Source: Okeania sp.
Lineage (GTDB): Bacteria; Cyanobacteriota; Cyanobacteriia; Cyanobacteriales; Microcoleaceae
DNA: 32,000 bases
Assembly: GCF_035285525.1 (NCBI RefSeq)
Contig: NZ_JAYKGW010000036.1
Coordinates: 1-32,000, forward strand
Direction: 5' to 3'
Shown here: one piece after another, positions 8,128-17,475 of the stretch
Layout: every line of letters starts with the position of its first letter
Position numbering within the stretch: position 1 is the stretch's first letter
The notes under the pieces: generated by a model
Told to the model about the DNA's origin: nothing
Databases searched by the model: none
Seen by the model: only the letters and a program-made list of their open reading frames with translations
Position numbers and translations under genes: made by a program

Positions 8128-9639
8128 TTAAAAATCAAAATAAATATAAGGTAAACCTTCTGGCGCTAATAACCAAACAGTAAACAAAAATACTGGCACT
8201 AACAAAACTTTTAAATGCCAATTTAACTGTAATTTCAAACCTCGATGAAACCAAAAATTAACAACCATTGCCACTACAACCACACAAATTAACCATACTA
8301 ACTGTAACCTTTCTAAACCCATTACTTCCAGATAAACTTTATCCGCAAATTGAACATCCGCATCATAACCCCACCAATGCTCAATCACCCAAATAGAATC
8401 TCTTAAATTCGGCAATCTAAAAAATATCCAACCCCCAAAAACCATTCCTTGAGTTAACAACCAACTCAGCAAAATTCCTAACCAACTTTCCCAAACTTTT
8501 TTTAAATTAAATTGCTTAGAAAAACTATCGACTAGCCGATGAATTACTAAACCTAAACCATGCCAAATACCCCAAACAATAAACCCCCAAGCAGCACCAT
8601 GCCAAATACCAGCAATTAACATCACAATTAATAAGTTCAAACAAGTACCAAATAAACCAACCCTTGAACCCCCTAAAGGAAAATATAAATAATTTCTCAA
8701 CCAATCTCCCAAAGTCGTATGCCACCTCCGCCAAAATTCAGCAATACTCTTACTAAAATAAGGAAAATCAAAATTTTGTGGCAAATTTAAACCCATCAAA
8801 AAAGCACTACCACGAGCAATATCAACATAAGCACTAAAATCAAGATAAAGTTGTAATCCGTAAGCAACCGTTGCTAACCATAAATCACCACTTCCTGCTC
8901 TTTGTAAATTACTAAAACTTAGGTCTACAAAAATTCCTAAATTATCAGCTATTAAAGCTTTTTTTGCCGCCCCAGTGGCAATTAACCAAATTCCTTCTGT
9001 CACTTTCTCTAGATTAGGAAATTTTAAAGCTGGTATTTTAACTAAAACTTCACTATTTTTTTTGCCAGTCATTCCTAACTGATTTTGCAAATAATGATAA
9101 CGAGTAATCGGACCAGAAATAAGTTTAGGAAAAAATAATTTGTAAGATGTAAATTCTAACCAAGAAGCAGCAGCAGGAGCGCCTCGATAAATATCTATTA
9201 AATAGGCAAGACATTCAAAACAAAAAAAACTTAATCCCAAAGGAGCAGTCACATTATCATCAACCCAATTAGCAGTTTCTAAAATCTTAGGTAAATTGTA
9301 AATAATGCCAATAATATTTAATAAAAAAGGAATATATTTGAAGCTTAATAAAAGTAAGACATTACAGATTATACCTAACCATAATAATAGTAAACGACGT
9401 CGGTTCCATTGTGTATTAGCAATGCGCCAATCTTCAGGTTCCCCAATAGCTTGAGCTAGGTAAAAATTAAATAGGGTAATTATTAATATTAGTGGAATAT
9501 ATTGGAGTTGAAAAGTACCGTAGAAAATTAAACTAGCAACTAGCAAAATAAAGACTCGCCCAGACTGGCGAGGTGTTAACCAATAGATTCCTAAAACTAT
9601 TAATAAAAATAGAGTATAATTAAAAGATATAAAAGTCAT
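8128..9639 (-). CDS. MBOAT family membrane O-acyltransferase (AlgI/DltB-like)
   Basis: 503 aa and polytopic. It has the characteristic block FWRRWHTTLGDWLRNYLYFPLGGSR and the downstream conserved His (AGIWHGAAW). Confidence 0.85.
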   Translation of the reverse strand: MTFISFNYTLFLLIVLGIYWLTPRQSGRVFILLVASLIFYGTFQLQYIPLILIITLFNFYLAQAIGEPEDWRIANTQWNRRRLLLLWLGIICNVLLLLSFKYIPFLLNIIGIIYNLPKILETANWVDDNVTAPLGLSFFCFECLAYLIDIYRGAPAAASWLEFTSYKLFFPKLISGPITRYHYLQNQLGMTGKKNSEVLVKIPALKFPNLEKVTEGIWLIATGAAKKALIADNLGIFVDLSFSNLQRAGSGDLWLATVAYGLQLYLDFSAYVDIARGSAFLMGLNLPQNFDFPYFSKSIAEFWRRWHTTLGDWLRNYLYFPLGGSRVGLFGTCLNLLIVMLIAGIWHGAAWGFIVWGIWHGLGLVIHRLVDSFSKQFNLKKVWESWLGILLSWLLTQGMVFGGWIFFRLPNLRDSIWVIEHWWGYDADVQFADKVYLEVMGLERLQLVWLICVVVVAMVVNFWFHRGLKLQLNWHLKVLLVPVFLFTVWLLAPEGLPYIYFDF

Positions 9640-9757
9640 TTCAGTTATTAGTTATCAGTTATTAGTACCTATGGTTTCATTCATAGGCTTAAAATACTGA
9701 AGTATATTCTTTTCTCCATTACAAGGGGAAGGTTGAAAACTTTTGTTTAGTCAAAAT

Positions 9758-9868
9758 ACGCAGTGTGCAACTTTTTAGGAAAATCAACAGTTTATCCCCA
9801 CAAAGCATAAAAGGTTATTTTCAGAACTCCCATTATTTCCTAACTTAGGAAAAATTCCACATAGCGTC
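9758..9868 (+). repeat. 111-bp repeat family F, copy F1 (upstream of tRNA-Phe)
   Basis: ACGCAGTGTGCAACTTTTTAGGAAAAT...TTTTCAGAACT.CC....TTTC.TAA.TTAGGAAAA.T..ACAT.GCGT aligns base-for-base in length with 10208-10318. Its ends are internally inverted. Confidence 0.8.
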
Positions 9869-10068
9869 AAAGTTAATCTATCTTGACTAACTGAAATATT
9901 TATAGTATGTTTATCTATTGATGGTTTATTTTTTTGAGGGATTACGATTTGCCAAAGCAAGTTAAAAATTATATTTAGCAAGGATTACAGCTAATAATAA
10001 AAAAAAATTTGCTTAGGGGGTTGTCAAAATTATATTTAGTCTGCTACGATAGTAAGAGTGAAAAAAAA

Positions 10069-10141
<73 letters not shown>

Positions 10142-10207
10142 TTTTAATTTTTATTATTCCATTATTTGTGGCCTGGAAAAAGTAGAAGATGAGATTTACT
10201 TTTTCTC

Positions 10208-10318
10208 ACGCGGTGTGTAACTTTCTAGGAAAATACAATGGTTTATAGCCATAAGTCTGAAAAGGTGATTTTCAGAACTTCCTAAATTTCTTAAGTTAGG
10301 AAAAGTTGGACATGGCGT
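10208..10318 (+). repeat. 111-bp repeat family F, copy F2 (downstream of tRNA-Phe)
   Basis: Same orientation and same length as F1. It starts 67 nt after the tRNA 3' end. Confidence 0.8.
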
Positions 10319-10346
10319 TTTTCTACAAAAGTTGCTCCCTTGCTTT

Positions 10347-10431
10347 GGTAATATTACGGCGCTTTTCACTCTTGATGAACTACATCATCATAATCAAAAT
10401 CTTATAGGGACATTGTATGCAACGTCCCTAC
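10347..10431 (+). repeat. repeat family E, copy E1
   Basis: ATTAC.G.GCTTTTCACTCTTGAT.AAC.AC......CATAA.CAAAATCTT.TAGGGAC matches the reverse complement of 14245-14310. It ends in the hairpin TAGGGACATTGTATGCAACGTCCCTA. Confidence 0.65.
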
Positions 10432-10465
10432 TGTGGTCTACTGAAATGAAAACCGCTGTAAACTC

Positions 10466-10573
10466 AATTAGAGGGCGTTCTGTTATTATGAGGTACACAT
10501 ATCGCTGGCTTTCCGGTCTGCATAAAAAATTTTTACCATTGACCCTTTACCTCATTTACCTGAAATCTGCTGT
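10466..10573 (-). repeat. repeat family D, copy D4 (reverse orientation, left end degenerate)
   Basis: ATGAGGTACACATATCGCTGGCTTTCCGGTCTGCATAAAAAATTTTT...TGAAATCTGCTGT matches the reverse complement of D1 (21746-21850). Confidence 0.65.
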
Positions 10574-10881
10574 GAGATTTCAGTTGATAAAAGCTTTATT
10601 ATTCTGAATTCAATACTATATCAAATCTGGTATTATTGGTATAATTCGCTATCTTTAGCGGTTTGGAGACAGAACTTTCTATACTAGACTTTTTGCTCTT
10701 TTCTGATGGTATAATTTTATTCTCCAAAGCCAGCAGATTTGATATGACTACAAAAGCCAGTTTTCAATTCTATATTCATTTAAACCTCAACCTTAATAAG
10801 GAGATTTTATTACTGAAGAAATGCTTACTTAATTAGACAGTTTGCTTGATTTATTCTGTAAATTTTTCAGTGGAGTCAAAG

Positions 10882-11184
10882 ATGCTGTGGTTAGTGATTG
10901 AAGTAAATATAATTATATCAATTTTGGGATTTTACCTAGCTTGGAAAATCTGGAGATTTAGACAAATATTGTTAACTGTAGAACATAATCTTAACTTAAT
11001 AAACAATTACACTATTATACTCACTCAAACACCTGAATTTTTAGAAAATAAACAGCAAAAAGTAAATCAACTAAGACAACAATATCAACAACTAAATTTA
11101 CAAGTTCAACAATTACAGCAACTTGTTTCCATGTTTTGGTTACTCAGAAACGTTTGGTATCGTTTCCGCAGAATTTGGCATTAA
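10882..11184 (+). CDS. small membrane protein with Q-rich coiled coil (hypothetical)
   Basis: The ORF track begins at a TTG (10846). I prefer the ATG at 10882, which has GGAG 6 nt upstream (MLWLVIEVNIIISILGFYLAWKIW...). It has one TM helix, then a glutamine/leucine heptad-like region (QQKVNQLRQQYQQLNLQVQQLQQL). Confidence 0.45.
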   Translation: MLWLVIEVNIIISILGFYLAWKIWRFRQILLTVEHNLNLINNYTIILTQTPEFLENKQQKVNQLRQQYQQLNLQVQQLQQLVSMFWLLRNVWYRFRRIWH

Positions 11185-11249
11185 TAGACCTCTGTTCAGT
11201 AATTAATAATTAATAATTAATTATTACCTATTTTTATCAAAGAAGTAGT

Positions 11250-11439
11250 GTAAGCATTTCCTGGGTCATGCTGCGCAAACAGCTATTAGCTGTTTGCTAA
11301 CAATAATACCTTATCTTTAATAAATACAAAGCCGACTTTTAGACTTTTGTAATAAGATTGAGTTCTAGCTTAATAATATAGTTTTTATCACCAATCAAAA
11401 TCATAGCTGATAGCTGATGGGTAACAGCTAAATGATTAC
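11250..11439. repeat. repeat family B variant
   Basis: The ends are GTAAGCATTTCCTGGGTCATGCTGCGCAAACAGCTATTAGC ... CATAGCTGATAGCTGATGGGTAACAGCTAAATGATTAC. The left end is the reverse complement of 20830-20861 and resembles 21632-21675. Confidence 0.6.
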
Positions 11440-11522
11440 GAAGTAATTAATAGTTGTGGGATTTATAGGAAACTACTGTATAATATGTAGACTAAAATAA
11501 GTCTTTAATAAATTCAAAAATA

Positions 11523-11885
11523 ATGCCAACTCAAAAATCTGGATTATTCATCAGTGGTCTATTGCTAGGTTCAGCCATAGGTACAGTAACCGGTTTATTA
11601 ATAGCTCCTAGAACAGGCAAAAAAACTAGAAAATTGGTGCAAAAATCTGCATCAGCTATTCCCCAAGTTGTAACAGACTTGTCCACAAGTGTCAAATATC
11701 AAACAGAGCGCTTTTCAGACTCTGCTACTCATTCTTGGGAAAAAATCTTAGAAAGACTAAAAGAAGCGATCGCTGCTGGATTAGAAGCTAGTCAAAAAGA
11801 GAGAGAAACATTATCTCAAACAGAGACCAAAAACTCTGAAGTTTCACAGAAAATAGAGAGTAAGAATTCAATAATCAATAATTAA
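11523..11885 (+). CDS. YtxH domain-containing protein
   Basis: The N-terminus GLFISGLLLGSAIGTVTGLLIAPRTGKKTRKL matches the YtxH signature (glycine-zipper helix followed by APxSGKxTR). The rest is predicted helical. Confidence 0.7.
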   Translation: MPTQKSGLFISGLLLGSAIGTVTGLLIAPRTGKKTRKLVQKSASAIPQVVTDLSTSVKYQTERFSDSATHSWEKILERLKEAIAAGLEASQKERETLSQTETKNSEVSQKIESKNSIINN

Positions 11886-12226
11886 TAGTTAACAATTAAT
11901 AATTAACTTCTGCTTCTAAAGTATACAATTAGCTAAAAGGAACTTTTTTTCTTTTTTATCCATGAATCAATAGACTTTATACCTTAATTTTTTGGTAATT
12001 AGAAATAATTGATAATTTCTCTAGAGTAATTGATTGAATTTTTTTTATTCTTTGAAGATATCTAGTAGTTATAGATAAGGAAAGTTGAGGCTATTAGCTT
12101 TTTCTTACTTAGTTTAAAGATATCAAAAATAGTTTCCCGCTTTTAAATGTAAAATAATTTTCTTAAATTACTGTATAATTAAAACTTTGATATTCTAAAA
12201 TCTTATTTTTCAATGGCGAAGTACTT

Positions 12227-12655
12227 GTGAATGACCCTCTGTTTTGGCTATTATTATCCCTATTATTAGTTGTATTTAGCCTGACTACTGTACTAATTGT
12301 CACCTTACCTGCAATGTTGGCATTAGCAAGAGCTGCTCGTAGTATAGAAAAATTAGCTGATACTCTCTCTCGTGAACTACCTCCAACTTTAGAAGCGATT
12401 CGTCTCACTGGTATAGAAATTAGTGAATTAACCGATGATGTAAATGATGGAGTTCAAAGTGCAGGAGAAATTGTTAAGCAAGTGGATCAAAGTCTCAGTA
12501 ATGTTCGCCAGCAAACTAGACAAGTTAAAACTACTACTAAAAGTATTTTTACTGGTATTAAAGTAGCATGGAATACCTTTAACTATAAACAAAAAACTAA
12601 AGAAAACAAAAGAAAACCATCAAAATCTAGTTCTCTATCTAAACCAAAAGAATAA
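12227..12655 (+). CDS. DUF948-like membrane-anchored helical protein
   Basis: GTG start. It has an N-terminal TM helix followed by a long helical region (ARAARSIEKLADTLSRELPPTLEAIRLTGIEISELTDDVNDGV), as in DUF948 proteins, which commonly neighbour YtxH genes. The C-terminal tail is K/S-rich. Confidence 0.6.
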   Translation: MNDPLFWLLLSLLLVVFSLTTVLIVTLPAMLALARAARSIEKLADTLSRELPPTLEAIRLTGIEISELTDDVNDGVQSAGEIVKQVDQSLSNVRQQTRQVKTTTKSIFTGIKVAWNTFNYKQKTKENKRKPSKSSSLSKPKE

Positions 12656-12745
12656 ACATTTCCATAAAAGAGGGAACAGGGGAAAATAATTGATGATTTA
12701 TAGATAATAATTGATGATCTTTTTAAGTTTTGGAGATGGTATAAT

Positions 12746-12845
12746 ACAGTAATATAGCACTTTCCCTTCTTATGATATACACTTGCGCGGGTTTTCCGGC
12801 CTGCACTACAATACTTTCACTATTTAGCCTGTATATCATTTGCCC
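12746..12845 (-). repeat. repeat family D, copy D3 (reverse orientation)
   Basis: ATGATATACACTTGCGCGGGTTTTCCGGCCTGCACTACAATACTTT matches the reverse complement of the D1 core. It lies next to A2. Confidence 0.6.
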
Positions 12846-12875
12846 AAACAAAATCATCTCTAAGACTCATTTACC

Positions 12876-13052
12876 GAATAATTAATAATTAATAATTAAG
12901 AGTTTATAGTCAATAATTATTCATTCAACAATTCACGCCTGGAAGCCTCCCCCTTTTGAGGGGATAAATCAAAAATTTTCATAATTAGTAAATCCCCTTC
13001 TTTAAAGAAGGAGTAATTATTAATTATTAATTTTTCATTATTAATTACTGAA
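12876..13052. repeat. MITE-like repeat family A, copy A2
   Basis: It shares the core and AT-rich inverted arms with A1 and A3. It lies between the convergent DUF948 gene and argB. Confidence 0.8.
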
Positions 13053-13155
13053 GCTACAGAAATTTTCCTTCTAATATTACTGAAAATCTCATCTAAATTA
13101 AAATTCCTATCAAAAATTAAAAATCCATCCTCAATAAATTAACTCTGAAACTTGA

Positions 13156-14052
13156 CTATGAAATCAATCCTAAATTACTTACTATCATAGAACCAACTCC
13201 AGTATCTGTAAAAATTTCCTGCAAAAGTACATGAGGAACTCGGCCATCAAGAATATGAGCAGCTCGAACTCCCTGAGCTAAACTCCGCACACAACAATTT
13301 ACTTTAGGAATCATCCCACCAGATACAACTCCTTTTTCAATTAATTTTCTAGCTTCTTGAATATCCAATTTAACAATTAAACTATCTGGATTATGATAAT
13401 CTTCTAAAATCCCTGCTGTATCTGTTAAAAGAATTAACTTTTCTGCATCCATAGCTGCAGCAATTTCACCAGCCACTGTATCAGCATTAATATTATAAGC
13501 CTGTCCTTGCTCATCTGTCGCTACAGTAGAAACAACTGGAATATAGCCATTATCAACTAGAGATTCTAAAATGTCCGTCCTGACATTACTAACTTCCCCA
13601 ACAAAACCAATTCCTTCACTGCCTTCGGGACGTGCTGTAATTAAATTAGCATCCTTACCACATAAACCTATGGCACATCCACCCGCTTGATTAATTAGAG
13701 AAACAATTTCTTTATTTACCTTTCCCACTAATACCATTTCTACTACTTCCATTGTCGGCGCATCAGTAACCCGCAGACCGTCCTTAAACTGAGGTTCAAT
13801 TCCTAGTTTACTCAACCAAGAGTTAATTTCTGGACCGCCACCATGAACAACAATGGGACGTATACCTACACAAGATAGTAATACAATGTCCCTAACTACT
13901 TTATCTTTAAGGTTACTATCTTTCATGGCCGCACCGCCATACTTCACAACTATCTTACGACCAGCAAATTTTTGAATGTAAGGTAGTGCTTCACTTAGCA
14001 CTTCAACTCGGCTAATTTCTGGCTGATTTTTAAAGTCTGTACTTTTGAGCAT
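13156..14052 (-). CDS. argB: acetylglutamate kinase
   Basis: 298 aa with [18 protein letters not shown] and [14 protein letters not shown] motifs, typical of ArgB in the amino-acid kinase family. Confidence 0.95.
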   Translation of the reverse strand: MLKSTDFKNQPEISRVEVLSEALPYIQKFAGRKIVVKYGGAAMKDSNLKDKVVRDIVLLSCVGIRPIVVHGGGPEINSWLSKLGIEPQFKDGLRVTDAPTMEVVEMVLVGKVNKEIVSLINQAGGCAIGLCGKDANLITARPEGSEGIGFVGEVSNVRTDILESLVDNGYIPVVSTVATDEQGQAYNINADTVAGEIAAAMDAEKLILLTDTAGILEDYHNPDSLIVKLDIQEARKLIEKGVVSGGMIPKVNCCVRSLAQGVRAAHILDGRVPHVLLQEIFTDTGVGSMIVSNLGLIS

Positions 14053-14150
14053 AGGCAGGTATTTTTTTTAGTTAGTAGTTTTAATAATAATACACTAATC
14101 CTGCGCTATTTCTTGTCCAAAATTTTATGGCTTTAATTTCGGTTGGGTTG

Positions 14151-14196
14151 TAGCTTACTGACCCATAGCAGTACGGAGTGAAACCCAACACAACCT
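14151..14196. repeat. hairpin repeat family H, long-loop variant H2
   Basis: GGTTGGGTTGTAGCTTACTGACCCATAGCAGTACGGAGTGAAACCCAACA uses the same GTTGGGTT/AACCCAAC stem. Confidence 0.55.
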
Positions 14197-14244
14197 TACT
14201 ACAGCGGTTTTTATTTTAGTTAACCAAAGTAGGTATATAGCTTA

Positions 14245-14310
14245 AGGGCGTCCCTACAAGATTTTGGTTATGGCTCCGGTGGTTGATCAAGAGTGAAAAG
14301 CTCTGTAATG
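14245..14310 (-). repeat. repeat family E, copy E2 (reverse orientation)
   Basis: Its reverse complement reads ATTACAGAGCTTTTCACTCTTGATCAACCACCGGAGCCATAACCAAAATCTTGTAGGGACGCCCT, matching E1. Confidence 0.65.
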
Positions 14311-14339
14311 TTGGGTTTCGTTCCTCAACCCAACCTACC
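14309..14339 (-). repeat. hairpin repeat family H, copy H3
   Basis: TGTTGGGTTTCGTTCCTCAACCCAACCTAC is the reverse complement of H1 except for one base. Confidence 0.8.
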
Positions 14340-14483
14340 GGACTGTTTCATCTGAAATGGTTGATTAGTAGAGGCGGGTTTGAGCTAGAATTTTAATACT
14401 TCTCTAAGATTTATATAAACCCCCCCTCATCCACAAAATTATTTGTATCAGTCCAATAGGTTATCACAAATCAAAAAGTAAAT

Positions 14484-14691
14484 ACAGCAGACTTCAAGTA
14501 TATGAAATACAGATATTAATCATGACTTACGCAGCAACCATAGATATAGTGCTTAAAACCCCATATGCAATAGTTTTTTGACTCTATATTATTATAGTAC
14601 AGTACCTTTGGGTAAGTCCTGTTAATAATTGAATATTCCCAGTGCGAGCAGAAAAGCTCGCTTAGGTGTACCTCACGCTAGAATCCGCTGT
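14484..14691 (+). repeat. repeat family D, copy D2, interrupted by C2
   Basis: The left part ACAGCAGACTTCAAGTATATGAAATACAGATATTAAT and the right part ..AGTGCGAGCAGAAAAGCTCGCTTAGGTGTACCTCACGCTAGAATCCGCTGT are colinear with D1. Removing 14522-14620 restores about 109 bp, against 105 bp in D1. Confidence 0.75.
14522..14620 (+). mobile_element. MITE-like repeat family C, copy C2, nested inside D2
   Basis: ATGACTTACGC...GGTAAGTCCT has the same interior as C1. TTAAT is present on both flanks (14516-14520 and 14622-14626). Confidence 0.75.
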
Positions 14692-14733
14692 CAAAAAATT
14701 GAAACTCTTACCTGTCCCCTGTTCCCTAAAAAA

Positions 14734-15252
14734 TTAGTTATTCCTGAATCTCAAAAACTGACTAAGTGGGAAATAGACAACAGGTGCCCAAAGACTACTA
14801 ATAACAGCAGAACCCAAAGCAACTTGCCTATGGTGAATCCAAATTTCTGCAAAGCTTTGATTACCAAATAACCCAAACTGTATTGCCATGAAAGTTTCTG
14901 CAAAAATAGCCATAATAAATGTTACTAAAGCTACAGAGATAAAGTCTTCCTGGATGTAACGTTTTTTCTGTAAAAAAGCTGTAACAAATCCTACAAAAGC
15001 TAAAGAAATAATATGGGTAGGATAAGGAGCTGTCATGGCATCTTGAATTAATCCTAAAACCAAGCCAGCCATCAAACTTCCGGCAATAGAACTATGGCTA
15101 CTCCAAGTAACTAACCAAATTAATAACCAGTTAGGTCTGATTCCCAAAATCTCCATTCCCGGAATACGAGTTAGTAATAGTAATGTACAAAACACTACGG
15201 AGATAATTATAATGAATATTTTGAAAATTATTTGCTGAGATAGATTAGACAT
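14734..15252 (-). CDS. mreD: rod shape-determining protein MreD
   Basis: 172 aa and polytopic. It has PNWLLIWLVTWS and GLVLGLIQD blocks typical of MreD, and lies on the same strand downstream of mreB and mreC. Confidence 0.8.
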   Translation of the reverse strand: MSNLSQQIIFKIFIIIISVVFCTLLLLTRIPGMEILGIRPNWLLIWLVTWSSHSSIAGSLMAGLVLGLIQDAMTAPYPTHIISLAFVGFVTAFLQKKRYIQEDFISVALVTFIMAIFAETFMAIQFGLFGNQSFAEIWIHHRQVALGSAVISSLWAPVVYFPLSQFLRFRNN

Positions 15253-15605
15253 CTAATGAAAAATTACCTTTAATAATTAAATAATTTCAAATAGCTTTTC
15301 AATAAGCTTGATAAAAGATTACTGATGAAATCTAAAAGTCTTGAGAATATGATGTATTCTACGAGCAAAACATAAGGTCTCAACCCTCTCCTTTTAAGCT
15401 ATCCCTTACCCATAACTCCTGAAAAGCTTGAAATCCCTAGATCCTCCCAGGAGGGGAAGGGGGAGAAGGGAGCAGGGGAGAAAGGAGCAAAAATCATAGT
15501 AGCTAAGTAAAACAATTTTAAGCGATCGCCCAAAAATGTGTTTTTTTCATATATTTTTCTCCCGATTTATCGGGAACCGTAAAAGCCGAACACAGACTTA
15601 CCAAA

Positions 15606-15788
15606 CAATTAATAATTAATAGTTAATAATTAATAATCAAGAGTTTATAGTCAATAATTATTCATTCAAAAATTCAGGTTTAAAGGCTTTCATTGCCAGG
15701 GGATAAATAAAAATTTTTCTTTTAGTCAATCCTCTTCTTTTAAGAAGAAGTAATTATTAATTCTTAATTTTTGATTGTTAATTGCTGA
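15606..15788. repeat. MITE-like repeat family A, copy A3
   Basis: It shares arms and core with A1 and A2 but is more diverged in the centre. It lies in the mreC-mreD spacer. Confidence 0.75.
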
Positions 15789-15987
15789 AACATAAATTGT
15801 CAATAATGCGCAAGTTTTATGTTAATTAAAGATGTTGATCAAGCATAGCCTTTTTAAGGGGATGAAAAAAAATTCGATTCAGTATTTCAAGCCTCTGGGT
15901 TTCCTCCGGAATGCTACGCAAAGAGCCATAGATACTCATAACTAATAACTGAAATTACTGACTTTTAAATTGCTAATTGCTATATCA

Positions 15988-16743
15988 TTAACTTTCTATT
16001 TGATTCGGTGTATTTGGATAAACATTTACCCATTCCAAAATATTAAGTGGTGCTGATAACTTAATAATAGCTTCCGGAGCAGGACTATTAGACAAATTAA
16101 TTGATTCGACTGTTCCTACAGGTAAACCCGCAGGAAATAATTGACTATAAGCAGAAGTAGATACAACATCACCCACTTTAATATTAGGTTCATCATCAAA
16201 AAATTCCATAACAGCCTGATCATCACCTCGACCTTTCATAAAACCCATTTGACGACTACGAACAACTCCGACTCCAGCTTTACTGGTTGGATCGCTAACT
16301 AATAATACCTGGCTAGTATTGGCTGTAACGCTAGTTATTCTGCCAACTAAACCACCAGTTGCCATGACAATAAAACCTTCTTGAATACCATCATTACTAC
16401 CTCTTCCTAAAGTTATTTTGTTCCACCAATAATCTGCACTTCTACCTATTACAGGAGCTATTACTCCTTTCAAATTTTTAGTTTTTGTATAATTTAAAAG
16501 TTCATTCAGACTATTATTTTTTTGCTCTAATTCTTGTAGTTGAATTTCTAGTTCTTTAATCCGAGCATTCACAAATATTTCTTGTTTAACAACGCTAGGT
16601 TGAAATGGTAAAGTGAGCCAATTATAAATTTCAAAAAATAAAGAACCTTGAGTGTGTCTCACCCAAAAAGCTGCACTCACTGCTAAAATTAACAATGCAG
16701 CTTTTCGCATCATTTTTAAGCTTCGACGACGCAATGTTTGCAT
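15988..16743 (-). CDS. mreC: rod shape-determining protein MreC
   Basis: 251 aa with an N-terminal TM helix, a coiled coil (IKELEIQLQELEQKNNSLNELL) and a beta-rich C-domain carrying GDVVSTS...FPAGLPVGTV. Confidence 0.9.
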   Translation of the reverse strand: MQTLRRRSLKMMRKAALLILAVSAAFWVRHTQGSLFFEIYNWLTLPFQPSVVKQEIFVNARIKELEIQLQELEQKNNSLNELLNYTKTKNLKGVIAPVIGRSADYWWNKITLGRGSNDGIQEGFIVMATGGLVGRITSVTANTSQVLLVSDPTSKAGVGVVRSRQMGFMKGRGDDQAVMEFFDDEPNIKVGDVVSTSAYSQLFPAGLPVGTVESINLSNSPAPEAIIKLSAPLNILEWVNVYPNTPNQIES

Positions 16744-16785
16744 TAGTAAAACCTTTGAAAATTACTCTTTAAATTTGTAATAATT

Positions 16786-16860
16786 AAGCAATCAGCTATT
16801 AGCTATAAATTTCATTTTAGGGAACAGGGAATATCTGACAGCTAATAATTGAATGCTTAC
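16786..16860. repeat. repeat family B, 75-bp short form
   Basis: AAGCAATCAGCTATTAGCTATAAA...CAGCTAATAATTGAATGCTTAC has family-B ends and almost no interior. It begins 43 nt upstream of the mreC start. Confidence 0.65.
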
Positions 16861-17140
16861 TTAATTTTTTTACTTCTAGTTGAAGTTAAAAGCAGGAACT
16901 TTTGTAATAGAATATTTTTTATTAATAAAAAATATTTGCTAATATAGCAATATGGAATAATTTGTGAAAATAAACTGTAGAAATTTAGTTTCCAAATTCC
17001 TGAATGTTTCGCTTTGGAGACCAAAAAACTATGATAAAATCTTGCAACCTATTTAAGATTGCTTATAGCAAACCATATCAATAATTATCAAAAATATAAT
17101 TACATAAGGTTTGCTGAAAAAGTTTTTTACTGGGGTAGAT

Positions 17141-17217
17141 AATTGCACTTTTTCAGGATATAAATAAAGATCAAATTTTTGTCGATCCATACTTTTATAT
17201 TTAATCAACAAGCCCTA
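17141..17217. repeat. repeat family G, copy G2
   Basis: It aligns with 2281-2366. It is preceded by the minimal family-K element at 17108-17158. Confidence 0.65.
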
Positions 17218-17265
17218 AGTATTAGCTATTAGTAATTCCCATACTGGTAGTAATATTTTCCTGTA

Positions 17266-17445
17266 AAATTCAGCTATCAGCTATTGCTTTTAGTCCCAGA
17301 TCAAAGCTTTATTAATTGACCAAAAAAAATCTAACCATAAAAGCCAGTTCACTTGACATTAGAGTTAATTTCATATTCATTAAAATTATATCCTTAAGTA
17401 CAGGTTCTCTTTGCTAATAGCTAACCGCTAATAACTGAATGCTTA
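17266..17445. repeat. MITE-like repeat family B, copy B2 (long form)
   Basis: AATTCAGCTATCAGCTATTGC ... GCTAATAACTGAATGCTTA has an interior colinear with B1. It ends about 30 nt from the mreB stop. Confidence 0.8.
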
Positions 17446-17475
17446 TTATGGGTACTCAAATAATATAACCAGACT

